This document shows, one piece after another, positions 46,201 through 60,500 of a stretch of 64,000 nt of DNA (position 1 is the first letter of the stretch; each line of letters begins with the position of its first letter). A model generated the notes under the pieces. That model did not search any database, was not told the origin of the DNA, and saw only the letters and a program-made list of their open reading frames with translations. A program made the translations under genes and the position numbers. Location of the stretch: assembly GCA_010909165.1 (NCBI GenBank), contig VJWM01000192.1, positions 124,001 through 188,000 of the forward strand, written 5' to 3'. Source of the DNA: Anthoceros angustus (taxonomy: Eukaryota; Plantae; Anthocerotophyta).

Positions 46201-49200
46201 TCCGCCTTGTTGACAAGATGCTTGAGAGCAAAATGGTCAACATGGAACACAAACTCATAGGAGAGGAGATAATGGAACTTCTTCTTGAATACACCATCCC
46301 AAGGGCTTCCCTTTCGATTGTTGTGTACTTGCGCTCCGCATCGGTGAGTTGCCGTCGTAGTAGATCGGGTAGTCCCTCTTCTTGTCATCCCGGCTCAAGA
46401 GGCGTACCAATGGCGGAAACATCACGTAAACATGGAACTTCTTGCTCCAATCCGGTCCCTTGAGGGTTGGTTACCAACGTGGTCCTCAAATCTTGAAATC
46501 TGCCTCCTCTCTCACCGGTCCACTCTTGGTCCTTCCTCAACAAAATGGTCGGGTGGCGCCCTCCTAGCAAAGTTAGGCACAAAGCGTCGTAGTAGCCCAC
46601 CATGCCAAGGAACCCCGGAGTTCCTTGAGAGTTGTTGGAGCTTGGGCAATCATCTTCACCTTATGCGGATCAACTTGATGCCCCGTCTGAAATTATTCTA
46701 ACAAAATCCCTCCCGCATGCCAAAGTAGCATTTCTCGGATGTAGGCAAAGTTGAGTTTCACGACACCTCGCCAAGCACGCCAAGTGATCCGGTGCTCCTC
46801 CACACTCCCAAACACACAAAATCATCTAGGAATACCTCCATGAACTTGTGGAGATACTCCTTGAAGATCTCAACCATGCTCCGCATGAAGGAACCCGCGC
46901 TCCGTCAATCCGCACTCCTCTTATGCGAAGGTCCCCAATCCGTGTGAAAATGTTAGAGGCCGTCACTCTCCCTCAAGTGCTGATTGTACCCAGTACGTCA
47001 GAGCAGTACACACATCTTCCGACCACCAAATCCGAGGATGTTGTCGATGAATGGCGAGGAAATGGTCCTTCTTGGTTGCTTTGTTGAGCTTCCTCCGGTC
47101 TTGGCATACTCGAATCTTTCCAGCTTCTTGAACCACAACAATTGGAGCCACCCACTCCGTGTTGGATTGGATAGATGGCGTCGCCTTCAAGTACAATTCA
47201 AGCTCCTTCACCTTGATGAGTACTTTGGGTTCGACTTGTATTGGGAATTCGCCGAGTCGCTCCGGCTCCAAATCGATCCTATGCTCCCCACTTCTTGGGA
47301 ATCCCTTCATATCATCACCTCGAGGCAAACACGTCGATGAACTCGGCGAGGCTGTTTCATTCCTTCTTCCAACCTGGTTCCGGTCATCGTGCAAACTTCA
47401 GCACCTTCCCAATACCTCCACATCCTTAATCTCGTCGCTTGTACCCATTCTCGCTCCACGGGTCGAACTCTCACCAAACCCTTCCTCCGGTTCACGAGGT
47501 CCTCTTCCCTCATCCCCACTCCCTAAATAGGTCCTCGAGGTGAATCGAATGATCCGGCTCACCTCGACTGTTGCGTTGTCTCGATCCCTTAGCAACCCGT
47601 TGAATCATTTGTTGCTTCGCCAGAATCGGTGATGCTTCCTTAGCAACTGCCTCGTTAGCAACGGCGGTTGCTGTCAGCTCTCCTCCGCTGGTGCAGTCCT
47701 CCATGAACCAAAGCAGTCCACCAAATTGAGGGAGTAAGGGATATCCCTCCTATACTCTTCCTCCTCATCTGACCATGCGATATGTGCAAAAGGAAATTTG
47801 TCCAGGTTCCCTCCTTCTTCCTCCAGGTCAGATGTTTCTCCAGCTGATGTGTATCCTTCCGTTGCTGTAGGAGTCTCCCCACAGTAGGTATCCCTGCTCC
47901 AACTCAAACACATTCGCCCCTCCTTTGTCTTGGGGTCCCAATCCATTGGCTTAAAAGCCACTTCCTTCCTCCCCAAGTCATCTTGCATCTTGAGCCATAC
48001 TGAAGTCCTTCCCAATAGGATGTCACCACAGCGCCTTGTCTTGGATAACCACATAGTCCATGAGATAGGGAATGGTCCCTATGATGGTGGTTACTCCCTT
48101 CTCCCCAGTGCATTTTTGACATGTCAATCCAATCTCTGTTGTGGTATGCTCAATGTCAACCCAAGCTTCCTTGCTATTCCGTCATGATGTTCACCCGGAT
48201 CCGGTATCCGGGGAACCGCTTGATGACGCGACCGATCTCCACTTGCGACTCCGGCCCTTGGTCTATCATGGACACTAGGTTGGTTGTAGGCACCCTTGGT
48301 CTGGCTTGGGCAATCGCCTCTTCCTCTTGGGTTGCGCTTCTTGCAAGGCCCTCCGAACTTGTTGCACTTGGTTGTCCTTCAATAGTTGACCAAAGCGTGA
48401 TAGCAAATTGCGATCCATGATGGCTTGCAAGGTTAAATGGTCCTCGATCGGTCCCTCCTTCTTCCCAGCGATCGCGGTTGCTCCCTTAGCAACAACGTCG
48501 GTTGCTTAACGCGGCCGCCTTAGCGGTTGCTAACCCGAGAGGACTTCTGCGGTCTCGGGATCACAGCTCGGCGGTTTGTTGTCTTGGTCAATTCCTCCTC
48601 TATCATCTCCATGACTTCCGGCGCCGTCCGGTGGAAACTCGGGTTTCCTCTCCCTTTTCTGGAACTTCTTTTTCTCCGGCATGGCCCCGCGATTCACTCC
48701 TTGATTCTTCCTTCTCGGGGTTCTCCTTCTCAAGTGTCTCCTAGATCCGTTCCTCCCGGGCTTGGAGTGCTCTCTTGACTTTGTGGTGATTCCACCTCTC
48801 TCTTTCTTCTTCCACTTCCTCCTAGCTTTTCATTCCTAGTCTGACCATGGCTGCAGCCTCTCCGTAGTAGTCTCCTCCAGTCCATCTAGCTCCGCAACAC
48901 CATGGCTTCCGCATCCTCCCAAAGCGCCATAAGGGCATCCTCCACGTGCATGGCCCGCGGCTCGAGATGCTTTCTTTGAACTCCCCATCACGGTGGTTGA
49001 GCAATTGAGCAGTCTTCCTCGGTTTGGGCAAGTGACACTACATGACCCTGTTGTTTGCGGTCTTGCACGGCCGTTCGTAGTCACCATTGCTGTCTTGTTC
49101 GATGATGACTATTTGCATAATGACCAAAGCCCCTCTGATTGTAGCCGAACCACCCGTTGCTTGGTTAGCAACCACAGGCACTTGGTTATTCACATAATGG

Positions 49201-52200
49201 AATTTCGCATCGGCGGATGGGCGTCTTGGGAATCTTGTTGTCCTTGGGAAACCTCACGGATCCGGTAGGTATCCTCCAGCGATCCTCTTCCTCCTCCTCG
49301 TGGCGAGCATGTGCACCTTGGCCACATGGTTGGACTTGGTGTGGCTGGCTGGCCACAAGTGGAACAAAGCAGTTAGCCCGAGCTTTGGATGCGCTCTCCT
49401 CTTCTCATGCTCCTTCGCGTTGAGGTGAAACTTCTCGAATTTGCTCATCATTTCCTCCATCTTCATTTCTTCTTTTGCACCTTCTTGATGCTTCAGCCTC
49501 CTCTTGACTTGTTCCACTTCCTTCTTAGCACTAGCGACCTCTTGTTTAGCCCTGGCCAGCTCCCTTGATCCTCGAGCCTGGTTTCTTCTTAACATCAACC
49601 TTCTTCTTCTTCCTGCGTCTCGTCTTGAGGGTTCTTCCTCCGTCTTGCCATCCTCAGGAAGAGTCCTCCAGTCGAGTCTTGAGAGGAGTCACTCTCCTCC
49701 AAGATTCTTCCTCCGACGACGAAGATCCCTTGTCCTTCTTCCCTCGCTTGGACTTCTTCTTCTTGCTCTTTTCCTTCTTGTGCTTCTTCTTGTCCAAGGA
49801 GTTGGATTCTTTAGTTGAGTGCCGCCTTGATGGCCTTGTCTCGTCGCTTCGCCTCACATGTCGGCCCATCTCGGATCTAACCTTAGCAAACCACCGAATG
49901 GCACATCGAGTGAGGACCACTACGATCACGCAAGTTAAGAAACCTCTCAACATAAGCTTGCAAGGTCTCCTTCCTTCTTCTCCTCAAAAACTCCAACTTT
50001 GACAACACGTAGCCTTCTACATCTATTCCCAGACCTCTCACAAAAGGCTTTCTTGATTCGTTGAAGGTTCTTTGGGGTCTTCTTGAGGTACTCCCTCTTG
50101 TACCACTTGGCTGGCCCTCCGAAGAACTCCGTAGAAGAGAATCTTGTTGCAGATCCCAGTTCACGATTTGCAATGGTTAGTTGCTCAAAGCGTTCAACAA
50201 ACTCGTGGATCTTCATACCCTTCTTCTCTCCATACGTGGGTATGGTGCTTAGTAGTTATTGCAAAAGGAAGTCGCCATGATGTCACTATCCGGCAACCTG
50301 ATTGTTGGTCTAGCAAGGATCTCTTAGCATACTGTCAAAGTTCTTGAGTTCAGTTGCAAGTTGACGGAGGTCGGAAGACAAGGATGGTTCGGTCCTAGGC
50401 ACTGTTGCTTGCTTCTTGGCTCCTCCAGTAGTGCGTTACTGCTGTGCTCTCCTCGCTCGATGCTGACCCTTCGCCTCGCTCCACGGCAGCGTTGTCTTCT
50501 TCTTTGAGTCTTCTCTTCACGGTGGAGTCGGAACTTTCGGACTCAATGGGTAGCATCCATGTATCACACTCAAGACTCCCAATACACTACTAGACAAGGT
50601 TAGTCTACTCTAAGGTCTTGACAACACTCCCGACAGCGGCGCCAAAATGTGGAGTGATTTTCTAAACCAAGTGGTCACAAAGAGGCCACATTTACCCTCT
50701 TTATCGTTGTAGACTTGAGATTCGTACCCAAGGGAGTGATTTCGTGTCAAGACAACCAAAACATAGCCAATCCAACCAAACGGACACCAAACATCTAGCG
50801 ATTCTGAGACGACTACCCTAACAACACTCGGACACTGGCTATCTTAGCCACGCGACCACTGTTGCTACCTTAGCAGCGGGCAGACCGGTTGCTATCTTAG
50901 CAACCACCCTATTCTAGCGAGGGGTCCACCTTGGGATCAGTCGGCTATTAATAGAAGGTGGGACCCACTTGGGATCCAAGTGGATAAGGTTGGACACCTC
51001 TCTCTCTCTCTCTCTTACTCATCCACAAAGTTAGATCCACCAATCGGGATTCTGCTCTCATAACCTTTCCTCCTCTCACTCTTGCGGCACTTCTTAGACT
51101 TCCTTGCCTCTCCTCCCCTTTCAGCTCACCTTCCAAGCTCCCAGACCTCCAGCTCTCCACGGCCTTGAGGTGCCTCTTGATCCTCACACTCTCCAAGTTT
51201 CCCCGCAACTCTCTTCAACTCTCCTTGTTCTCACCTCACGCCCCATTCAATCTCACTGACTCACACCTCTCCCGGTCCTTACAAGGTTCTCATCCAGCCC
51301 TTACACTTCACCAACTCTCAAAATACTTGTTCTACCTCCATAATCATTCCATCTCATCCACTCACGGGATCTTCAACCTCCACTCCACTCTCTTCTTCAA
51401 CACACAAACATCACTTGACTTCTCAGTCCTTCTTACTCCTCTCAAACAGCCAATCAGCAACTCTCCATGTCCGGATTCTCCACTTCTCTCACGGTTCACT
51501 TTTCCTCTCATTTCCAAACACACAAGCCCACACCTCAACTCACTTGACTCTTCCACACACACACAGGCTCCCGCCTTGTCTTCTTCTCTCCTGCGCCTTG
51601 ACACTGAAAACTCAAACACAAGGTGAGTACTAGACAAAGGGAATGAGTAAAGGAGGGGCTCCCGGCTTCCCACCCCTTCCTCTTGACCTTGAGGAACTCC
51701 TCCAAGGAGACCACAAGGCTCCCTCCTTGCTTTCCACCACCCTTGCGGATCGCCGGATCTGGGCAACAGTGGTCTTCTTTGGTGGAGAGCGGTGCCTAGA
51801 CTTACCTTGGATCGGAACCCTCCCAAACCCCGTGCTCAAACACCGAGACTTTAGGCCAACATTGCTTACATTTCATCAAGTGCCTCTTATACCCAAGATC
51901 GACAAAGCGCGTGCTTGCCAAAAATACCAATCGGTCTTAGCCTACCAATCCTAGAGGCCTATCTCAATTCATCCACTATGAGAGAGGATAAGATTTACTC
52001 TATAACACATGGGCCTTTAGCTATTTCGGGGCCACTTACCCTATTACCTCTCCACAGGCCTCCTAGGCCCCATGTTCTCCTCTTGCTCTCCTCCCTCTTG
52101 GTGGTTGGGCAATCTCTCCCATAAAATCTCTACCTCCTCTGGACTCCTCTCTCTTGTGCTCGCCGCGCAGTACTCCTCCTCCTCGGTGAGCTCTTGAATC

Positions 52201-54556
52201 CGGATGGGTCGGTGAGAGTTTCCTCCTTAAGAATCCAACCCATAGGTAGGATCCGGTGCGTCAAGGCATGGATCAAGTACCTCCATGTCCCCCTGTGCCC
52301 ACAACAACATAAACTTTCGAGACAATCTTCTCTCCAAGGAGAATCCGGGCACATGGTTATCTTGATAAGCATCCTCAATCTAATGCACCATTGGGAAGTT
52401 AGACTTCTTAGGCGGTGCTTACCCGCTCCCCACAGCTGTTGTCCTCCTCACGGTCTTGCCCCTTCTTCCTTGTTGTAGCTCGGTCTTGGAGCTGTTGCTC
52501 CCTTGTGGTCCGAGTGTTCTTCCGGCGGCTTGCTTGCTTGTAACCTCCTCTTGCTAACTCGATGATTCTTCCATGGGAGGCTCCGCATCTTCCACGGTGG
52601 CTCTCCTTGCAATCCACAGCCCTCTTGGCCTCTTTCCACCTTTCCTTGTCCCTCTCCTTCTTATGGCGAGGGCATCCGAGTTTCGGCTGAACTTGCGCAT
52701 CGAGATGACATTGCGGCTCCCCTATGGTGCTTTTGCGTCAGGTGAACCATGAGGGTTTCGATCCTTGGTCTTCTGCAACTCTTCTCGGACCTTCCTTAAT
52801 TCGCTTCCATGCTACCTAGGCGTCCCTCCAAGACCTCCTTCTCCCCTTCATTCCTGGAGCTCCTTATGCTCCCCCCTGTTTCCCTGCTGCTTTGTAAACC
52901 TAACAAGAGAGGACCGAGCTATGGTCCTCCATCTCACCTAGTGCGTGCCGCCATGAGACCATCTTGTAGGGTGATGTTAGGCCCCAAACCCTTGGGGATG
53001 GGTTCCCTCCTTCCTTCTCTGGCCGTGACTCTCCCCACGACCACTTGGGGTATACTTGAGGTCACCTTGAGCAGTGGTGACTTTCTCGGTCATCGGCCCG
53101 TGCCCAAGGTTGGTGATTCCTCCTGTTGACTGGTTTCCCGCCACGGGCTCTAGGCGGTCTGCTGGCCTTTCCTTTGTCTTACATCCCGGGTGAGGTTCCC
53201 GTCGTGCTCTTGTGGCTCTAGGAGTGGTTGGAGTCCCCTGCTCGGCCCGACCTCTCTTGGTGCTGTTGGGGTCTTAGCAACTCCAGTTGCTTTGTTAGCA
53301 ATGGTGATACCTTAGCAGCCACATTCCTCTTCATGGACACTTGGACTTCTCATCTTCACTCCCGGTGCCACGGAGATGGCCTCTTCCTCGACTCCTCTTT
53401 GGGCTTCCTTCTTTCAAACCGGCCTCCGGGCATGGAAAGGGACCATCTCTATCCTCCGGCAACTTGGCATGGTCAAAACGTGGATTAAGAAGGAGATAGA
53501 GCGAGGGCTAGGTGATGGTGAGGGTCAAGTGGTCCCTCTCACACATCGTGTCATAGAACATCCTAGCCCAATCTATCTTGGACCCTCTCACCACCTCATA
53601 GAAAGACAAGAAAATGGTCGACAATGTGCTCTAGCTTCTTAGTGAGGTGAGCACAGGATCCACTTGGCTAATCCGGCCCTCGAGGTCTAACTTGTTGGTG
53701 ACCCCCATTCTCCACCCTAGACAATGTGGGAGCAATGGCGACTTGTGCCTCCTGACTTTTGGGAGATGGCTACGAAAGGATCAATGATTATTCACCACAT
53801 TCCTCTTGAGCCTCTCATAGGCACTGGAACAAGAATATTCCAGTGCGGGGTTGGTTCTCGTGTTGCCTTCCCTGGCCTTCTCCCTCATGTCTGCACATTC
53901 CAACCAATTAGGCTGTAGCACCACTTTTTGTCCATGAAGGACAAGTGATGTAGCCACCAAAGACCGCTTTCACTCTCCGGTGCCCCATGTTGGGCCATTG
54001 GGCGGTGTAATGGCCTCAATGGCCACGAGTGTTCTTCTTAGGTCCCATGCTCCTTGTCCCGTGGCGAGCCTAGAGTTCTGCGTAAGTGTCCGGCTACACC
54101 GCCACTGCGTACTTCCACAAGCCTCCATGCGGGTGTCGCCCTTTCCAGTCGACTCCTCACTAAAATTTCTTCTTAGCCAGCGCTTGATCAAGGATCTCCC
54201 TAGGGAGTAGCTGCCTTTCGACTCTCGTACCCATCTCCACGATGGCGGGAGTACTCGATTTTTCTCGGTGAATCCACCAACCTCCTCCTACATCCACGGT
54301 GCCTCGGCCTTGCCCTCGGCTCGGTCTCCGTGTCTCCACGACTGGAAAGCGCGTCGACCACCCACGACTGGAAAGCGCGTCAGACACCACCTGGAATTGG
54401 AACCCTACTCCAATTCCTGTCATCAACTTATCACTTTGTTCCGCTCGAAGCCAATTCTTGCCTTCCGTCCTCAAATATGCTTGAGGCGGGGAAAAGTGTA
54501 TCACTGTAGTGGTTGAGCGGTGACCCCTGCAGTGCTTCCGCCTCCGCCCTTAATCC
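40204..54556 (-). mobile_element. Ty3/Gypsy (Athila/Tat-like) LTR retrotransposon, degenerate gag-pol ~50300-44750, bounded by ~3.8-kb direct repeats (40204-43987 and 50648-54556)
   Basis: Minus-strand order: gag (IHEFVERFE), protease (DTGSGxNIM, DILLGR), RT (WVAPIVVV, RKLNKATKKDHF, FMEVFLDDF), RNase H (YTTIEREAL, DHFALKHL, ADYLSR), integrase (H..GGHY..CQR, SDRGTHF, TPYNPKANG). This RT-RH-IN order defines Gypsy. Confidence 0.92.
50627..50644 (-). other. Primer-binding site TGGCGCCGCTGTCGGGAG (tRNA-Asp-like, typical of Athila-type elements)
   Basis: Lies 3 nt inside the LTR terminus at 50648 and resembles TGGCGCCGTTGCCGGGGA. Confidence 0.8.
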
Positions 54557-54558
54557 GG

Positions 54559-57500
54559 TGTGGTAGGAGAATCAGGCACTCCGAGGTCCTCCCACTATAG
54601 CGGCCACACTTATCCCACCGCCCGTCGTTGGGTTTCGTCCCATGAGACTTGTGTGAAAGTTCGAGGCCTTGTGGTCACCAATCGCTACACCGCACAACTC
54701 TCCCTTCTCAACAAGCAAGGCGCCCTACTCTCCCTCTCACGGTGCACCACTTGCCTTGAAAAATCGCCAACCCTCGACCTACAACGACACAACACAATTG
54801 CGGTCACCTCGGTGACAAGAGCCTACCACAGGCGCCCGGGGACCCCAGTTCACACGCGATTTCGTCCCTACTTCTAAGACCTCTTCTCCACTCGGGGCGC
54901 TCTTTACTTGCAGATTTGGGATTCGTCCCTTAGGCTCTGCCTGTGGCCTTCCACTAACACCTACACCTCTAATCCTCTACTCATCTTCTCATCTCCTCAT
55001 CCTCTTCCTCCTATTCTAACCTCAGTTCGGGCTTACTGGCTTCGACTCGCCCTTACGGCTGCCTGGGGTCGGCCTCCACCAGCAAGTTCTTCCTTGGGCC
55101 GGTTGCTATGAGTTTGACACCACGAGAACCTCCGAGTCTTTCCTAGTCTACCCTCAAGCCGAGAGTTCTCGGGCATTTGCCACACACCCAAAGCAAAGCA
55201 ATTTCCACAGCAACCATTCACAAGGGAGCAACTCGTTTAGGCACTTGCGAGCAAGTCCTCCACCAACACTCAGGACCACGCGACTTCCTCTCTACGTGAC
55301 GTGTTGGCTCACGGCGAAATTCCTCTGTAATGGCAAAGGACTCGGTGAGTGGGCGCAAGACATGATACTTTACTTTGTGAAATCCTCCTCCTCTTATAGG
55401 AGGCCTTCCACATACAACCTCCCTTGGGTGACCCTCTGCGGTCACCTTTTCCAATATTCTATTATTTCCTACACTTGACATTTAATATCGGCACCTAAGT
55501 CTATTATGCATTTCTTGGTAAATTCTATTCTAGCAACTTCACCTAAGTCTATCCTTGAAGGATGTCAGGTTACATCACATGTCCTTTCTATTCTTCTACC
55601 TAGCATTTATGGTCATTGACCATTCTAGTCTTCACCTATTTGGGGTGGGGCGTGTCTGGTGGATTGGCTCCCTCGCCCTCCTTTTGCTCTTGCCCTTCCC
55701 GGCCTTTGTCCTTCCTATTCTTCTACCTAGCATTTATGGTCCCTTGACCATATCTAGTCTTCACCTCTTTGGGGTGGACGTGTCCGTGGTGGATTGGCTC
55801 CCTCGCCCTCCTTTTGCTCTTGCCCTTCCCGGCCTTTGTCGCTTCCTAATGTGTGGGGCAAGTACAATCTTGCCCCTTCCTCCATCTCAGCGGGCGGCGC
55901 TGGATTCCTCGGCCCTCCGCAATCGCGCTTCCGCGCACCTGGCGCCTTCCTCCTCCTCTTACAGTGCACCACTTGCCTTGAAAAATCGCCAACCCTCGAC
56001 CTACACACAAAACAATTGCGGTCCGCCTCGTGAGGCCTACCAGGCGCCGGACCCCTGTTCACAGCGATTTCGTCCCTACTTCTAAGACCAAACTTGACCT
56101 ACAACGACACAACACAATTCGAGGTCACCTCGGTGACAAGAGCCTACCAGGCGCCGGGGACCCCAGTTCACAGCGATTCGTCCCTACTTCTAAGACCTAC
56201 TCTTCTCCACTCGGGGCGCTCGTTTACTTGCGGTTGGGATTCGTCCCTTAGGCTCTGCACTGGCCTTCCACTAACACCTACACCTCTAATCCTCTACTCA
56301 TCTTCTCATCTCCTCATCCTCTTCCTCCTAGTCTAACCTCGATTCGGGCTTCTTGGTTTCGACTCGCCCTTACGGCTGCACAGGTCCGCCTCCACCAAGT
56401 TCTTCCTTGGGCGGTTGCTATGAGTTTGACACGGGCGAGAACCTCCGAGTCTTTCCACAGTCTACCCTCAAGCCGAGAGTTCTCAGGCATTTGCCACACA
56501 CCCAAAGCAAAGCAATTTCACAGCAACCATTCACAAGCAACTCGTTTAGGCACTTGCAAGCAAGTCCTCCACCAAGCACTCCGACCACGCGACTTCCTCT
56601 CTACGTGACTGTGTTGGCTCACGGTGCACGAAATTCCTCTGTAATGGCAAAGGACTCGTGAGCGTGGGCGCAAGACATGATACTTTACTTTGTGAAATCC
56701 TCCTCCTCTTATAGGAGGCCTTCCACATACAACCTCCCTTGGGTGACCCTCTGCGGTCACCTTTTCCAATATTCTATTCCTACCGCCATTTAATGTCGGC
56801 ACCTAAGTCTATTATGCATTTCTTGGTAAATCTATTCTAGCAACTTCACCTAAGTCTATCCTCGAAGGATGTCGATTACATCACATCCTTCCTATTCTTC
56901 TACCTAGCATTTATGGTCCCTTGACCATATCTAGTCTTCACCTCTTTGGGGTGGACGTGTCCTTGGTGGATTGGCTCCCTCGCCCTCCTTTTGCTCTTGC
57001 CCTTCCCGGCCTTTGTCGCTTCCTAATGTGGGGCAAGTACAATCTTGCCCCTTCCTCCATCTCGTCGCCTCGTCGCGATTTTATTGCACCCTACGCGGTG
57101 ATCGGACTACGGGGTGGCGACTACCATCGTGGTAGTCGGCCTAACTCCTTCTTCCTTCTTTCCTCTCCTCGGTGAGGGTTTCTTGGGTCGAGATCTTCAT
57201 TGCTCTTTGCCTTTTGGTTGTCCATACCTATCATAGAGCACCCTTCATCCCCATCGCCCACCATGCGGATTTTCTAATCTCTCCGGGCCCTTTTGCGTTG
57301 GACTCCTCCTCGGGTCCGGTTCCTCCCTTACTCGTGGGATAAGGGAACTTCCTCACCCTTCCTTCCTCGACGGGTCGGACCCGTCCTTAGTTTCCTCGGT
57401 GGGGTTGTCTCTCCCACCACCCAGTGCTCCTCCTCGGGGTATCTCGGACCCCGGCCTTTCCATCTTGATTGGGCTCGCGTCCCAACTCCCCAACAAGCTC

Positions 57501-60500
57501 GGCAATTCTCCCACCTTCTTGCTCTTGGGCAAGCCCTCCTTCCTCCGGTGGTCTGGCGGACTACCGGCGTGGTGTGTCACGGTGTCGGCGGACTACCGGC
57601 GTGGTGTCCCGGTGATCAGCGGACTACCGTGGTAGGGTGGTCACCTCGTGGTAGGGTGACCCCCTGGGCTGTCCCCTCCTTGCTCTCGCGCCCGTCTCCC
57701 TCACTTCCTTTTGGCGGTGGCTCCTTCACCTCGACTCCTCAGTTCCTCGGAGTCCATTTCGATGGCCTCATCAAAATCGGAGGCCTCTGCTGCACTTGTT
57801 GCGGCTCCTTTCATCATCATGAGGACCCAATGTCCTCCTTTTGGACGTTGTTGGCCTTCAAGATCTGTTGTGGAGGTGAGCCCCAAGTTGTGATCGCATT
57901 TGGAGATCATCAATCTCCGTGGGCCACTCTCCATCTTCACACCTACCTTGTAGGCATCTCTTGAGGTGGTCAATTCTCCCACCTTCACATGGAGGTTACA
58001 TTCTCCTCCCTCACTTCCTTTTGGTGGCTGGCCAATTTTGCACGAAGGGCATAGTCACCAAAATCGCTTCCTCACTACCGGCATTCATGCACCACCTTCT
58101 TGTGGCGCTCCTCCTCCTCTGAGACCTCCTTTGTTCCAGTCCTAATTCTTGGGCAAGCCCTCCTTCTCCGCTTGCCAAGCATCTTTCGCGCTCCGACTCC
58201 ACGGTCTTGTGCTTCTCGCTCGCGCTTCTCTTCCAAATTGTCGGGTCCTTCTCAACTCCTCTCCCTTATCCGGATTTTGATGGCTTGAGTAGCCATCACT
58301 GCTCATGCGGCCACTTCTTTGGACGCTTCTCTCCTTTCCTAGTGCCTCTGCCTTTTCCTCTCTTGCTCTAATTGGGCAAAATGCTCTTCCGCCTTTTGCC
58401 TCCAAGAATCCTTTTGGGTTGTTGCCGAATGGCTCTTTCTTGACTTGTGACAACTTCCCTCAGGGCTTCTCCGTCGTCCATGAGGTCGCGTTGGAGCTTC
58501 TCCTGACCTTTTCCAATTTGGCTGCCTTTTCATCGGACTCCATGGCTTCCAATTGCCATTTGGTCCACCTTCTTGGCCATGTCTTGAGATTTCACTTCCT
58601 CTTGGCATGCCCACAAGGAGGCTGCTGGGTCCCTAGCCCCTTCAAATCCACGGTGAGTGCTTCACAAGCTCGGCAATTCTCCTAGGGGTCCTAATTCCAC
58701 CCCTCTCTTCTTCTTGAAATTTCCAGCTCTCACCCCTCGGGCCATCGGCCTTGGTCCCTTCACTCGCTCCATCCGCTCTCCCACCAGTAGCGGAGATGGT
58801 GGCCTCGGCGCTCGCGGCACCTCGCGTTCTTCTCCTTCCCTTCCACCGCCGTGGGCTTGCTGGCGGCGTGGGGTGCCTACCTACCATGGTGGTGCTCCCC
58901 CCGTGGTAGTCGCCTACCTACCATGGTGGGGTGGCGCCTATGATGTGCCCACCCCTTGGGTGGCGCCTCCCTGGGGTAGTCTGAGTGCCTCTCGTAGGCA
59001 CAAAGGAGATGGTGGGGACTCCCCACTCTCCATCACCCCTCCTGTGGTCCTTCTCTCATAGACCACCATTCGGCCTTCCTCGGCCTTCCTCCTCTCCCTT
59101 GCTTGCTCCTGTGGAAAGATTCCCACTCCGGCAACCTTGTTGCCTCCATCTTCTCCTCTTGCTTCTAGCATGCTTGTGGAGGTCGACCTCCCACCGTCTT
59201 CGCAATGCAAAGGCAAAGGCCTTTCCAACCTCGGTGGAGATGGATGACCTCAAAGGGATGCCATGCATCTTCAAGCTCCTTGCTTGTGAGAAGTCCTCGG
59301 TTTCCCATAAATGCACCAAATAGGTGCTAAGGTAGCAGGCCTTGGCCCTTCCTCATCCACGAATTTGGCTTGAGGAGCTTCTCGATGGTGGATGTAGGCC
59401 TCATACATGATAGTCCCCAATCGGCTTGGCTCCCATGGAAATCTTCCACAAAAATTGGAGGAAGTTGGTCTTTGAAATAAGAGTGCGTTGGTAATTTACC
59501 AACCCAGCACAATCTTTGCGAAGAGCCTCCACTTGACTCCTTGATGCTCTCGGTCTTCCGCCATTCTTGGCGTGGGCCTTCACTCCTCCATCCATCATGT
59601 CAAGGAACTCCTGCGGGATGTCGAGAGGCTGTCCTCTTCCTCCATTCGACCTTTCGAGGAGAGCAATTCGAGCTCTCCTCCTCGGTCTTCCATACACTGT
59701 CGAATACTTACGGTCCACGGATGATCCGAGCATTCCTCTCCCACCCGGTAGCGGCCTTCCGATTGATGGAGGTTGATGTAACACTCCTCAATCAATTCCA
59801 AATTGGTGTAGGCCCATTGGCGGCCATACACCCATCCTAGTTGGATGTTCTCCTCCTCCGCCTTGAAAATCAACCAAATCTCGGGGTTGAGCTGCCCGGC
59901 AAAGCAAGTGAATTGGGGCATCACCTCACCCCCTCGGTGCGCTCCACCTTCTTTTCCTTTCCTCCTCGCGAGGAAGAGCCTTTGCGGCGGCTCCTTCCCT
60001 TGCCTTTTCCAGCTCGAGGCATGGTGGCGTTCCTTCCCAAGTCTGGAAGATTACTCTCAATTTGAGAGCTTCAAAATTTCACACTTCCTCTTCCTTGTTG
60101 CGGTAACACACTTCCTCTTCCTCCATTCGACCTTTCGAGAGAGCAATTCGAGCTCTCTTCCTCCGGTCTTCCAGCCATTCTTGGCGTGGGCCTTCCTCGG
60201 CCTTCCTTCCTTCCTTCCTTCCTTCTCTCCTTCCCTTCCACCGCTCCAAGTGCTCGCCTTCTTGGCTCGCTCACACTTCCTCTTCCTGCGCGTGGTGAGC
60301 TCCTTCCTTGCTTCCTTCCTTCCTTCCTTCCTCTTCCTCCGGTCTTCCGCCATTCTTGGCGTGGGCCTTCCTTCCTTCTCGATGGGCGCGCGCCTCCGCC
60401 TCGCTCCCGGCTTGCTGGCGATGGCGGCTTTCCTTCCTCTGCTCTTACGCTCCAACTCCAGCTCTCGTTCTAGCTCTTCGAAGTGGAGGAAGTTGGCGCG

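Noticed and set aside
50627-50644. tRNA gene fragment
   Set aside because: Only an 18-nt complement of a tRNA 3' end at the LTR boundary, i.e. a primer-binding site. No tRNA or rRNA genes were recognised in the window.
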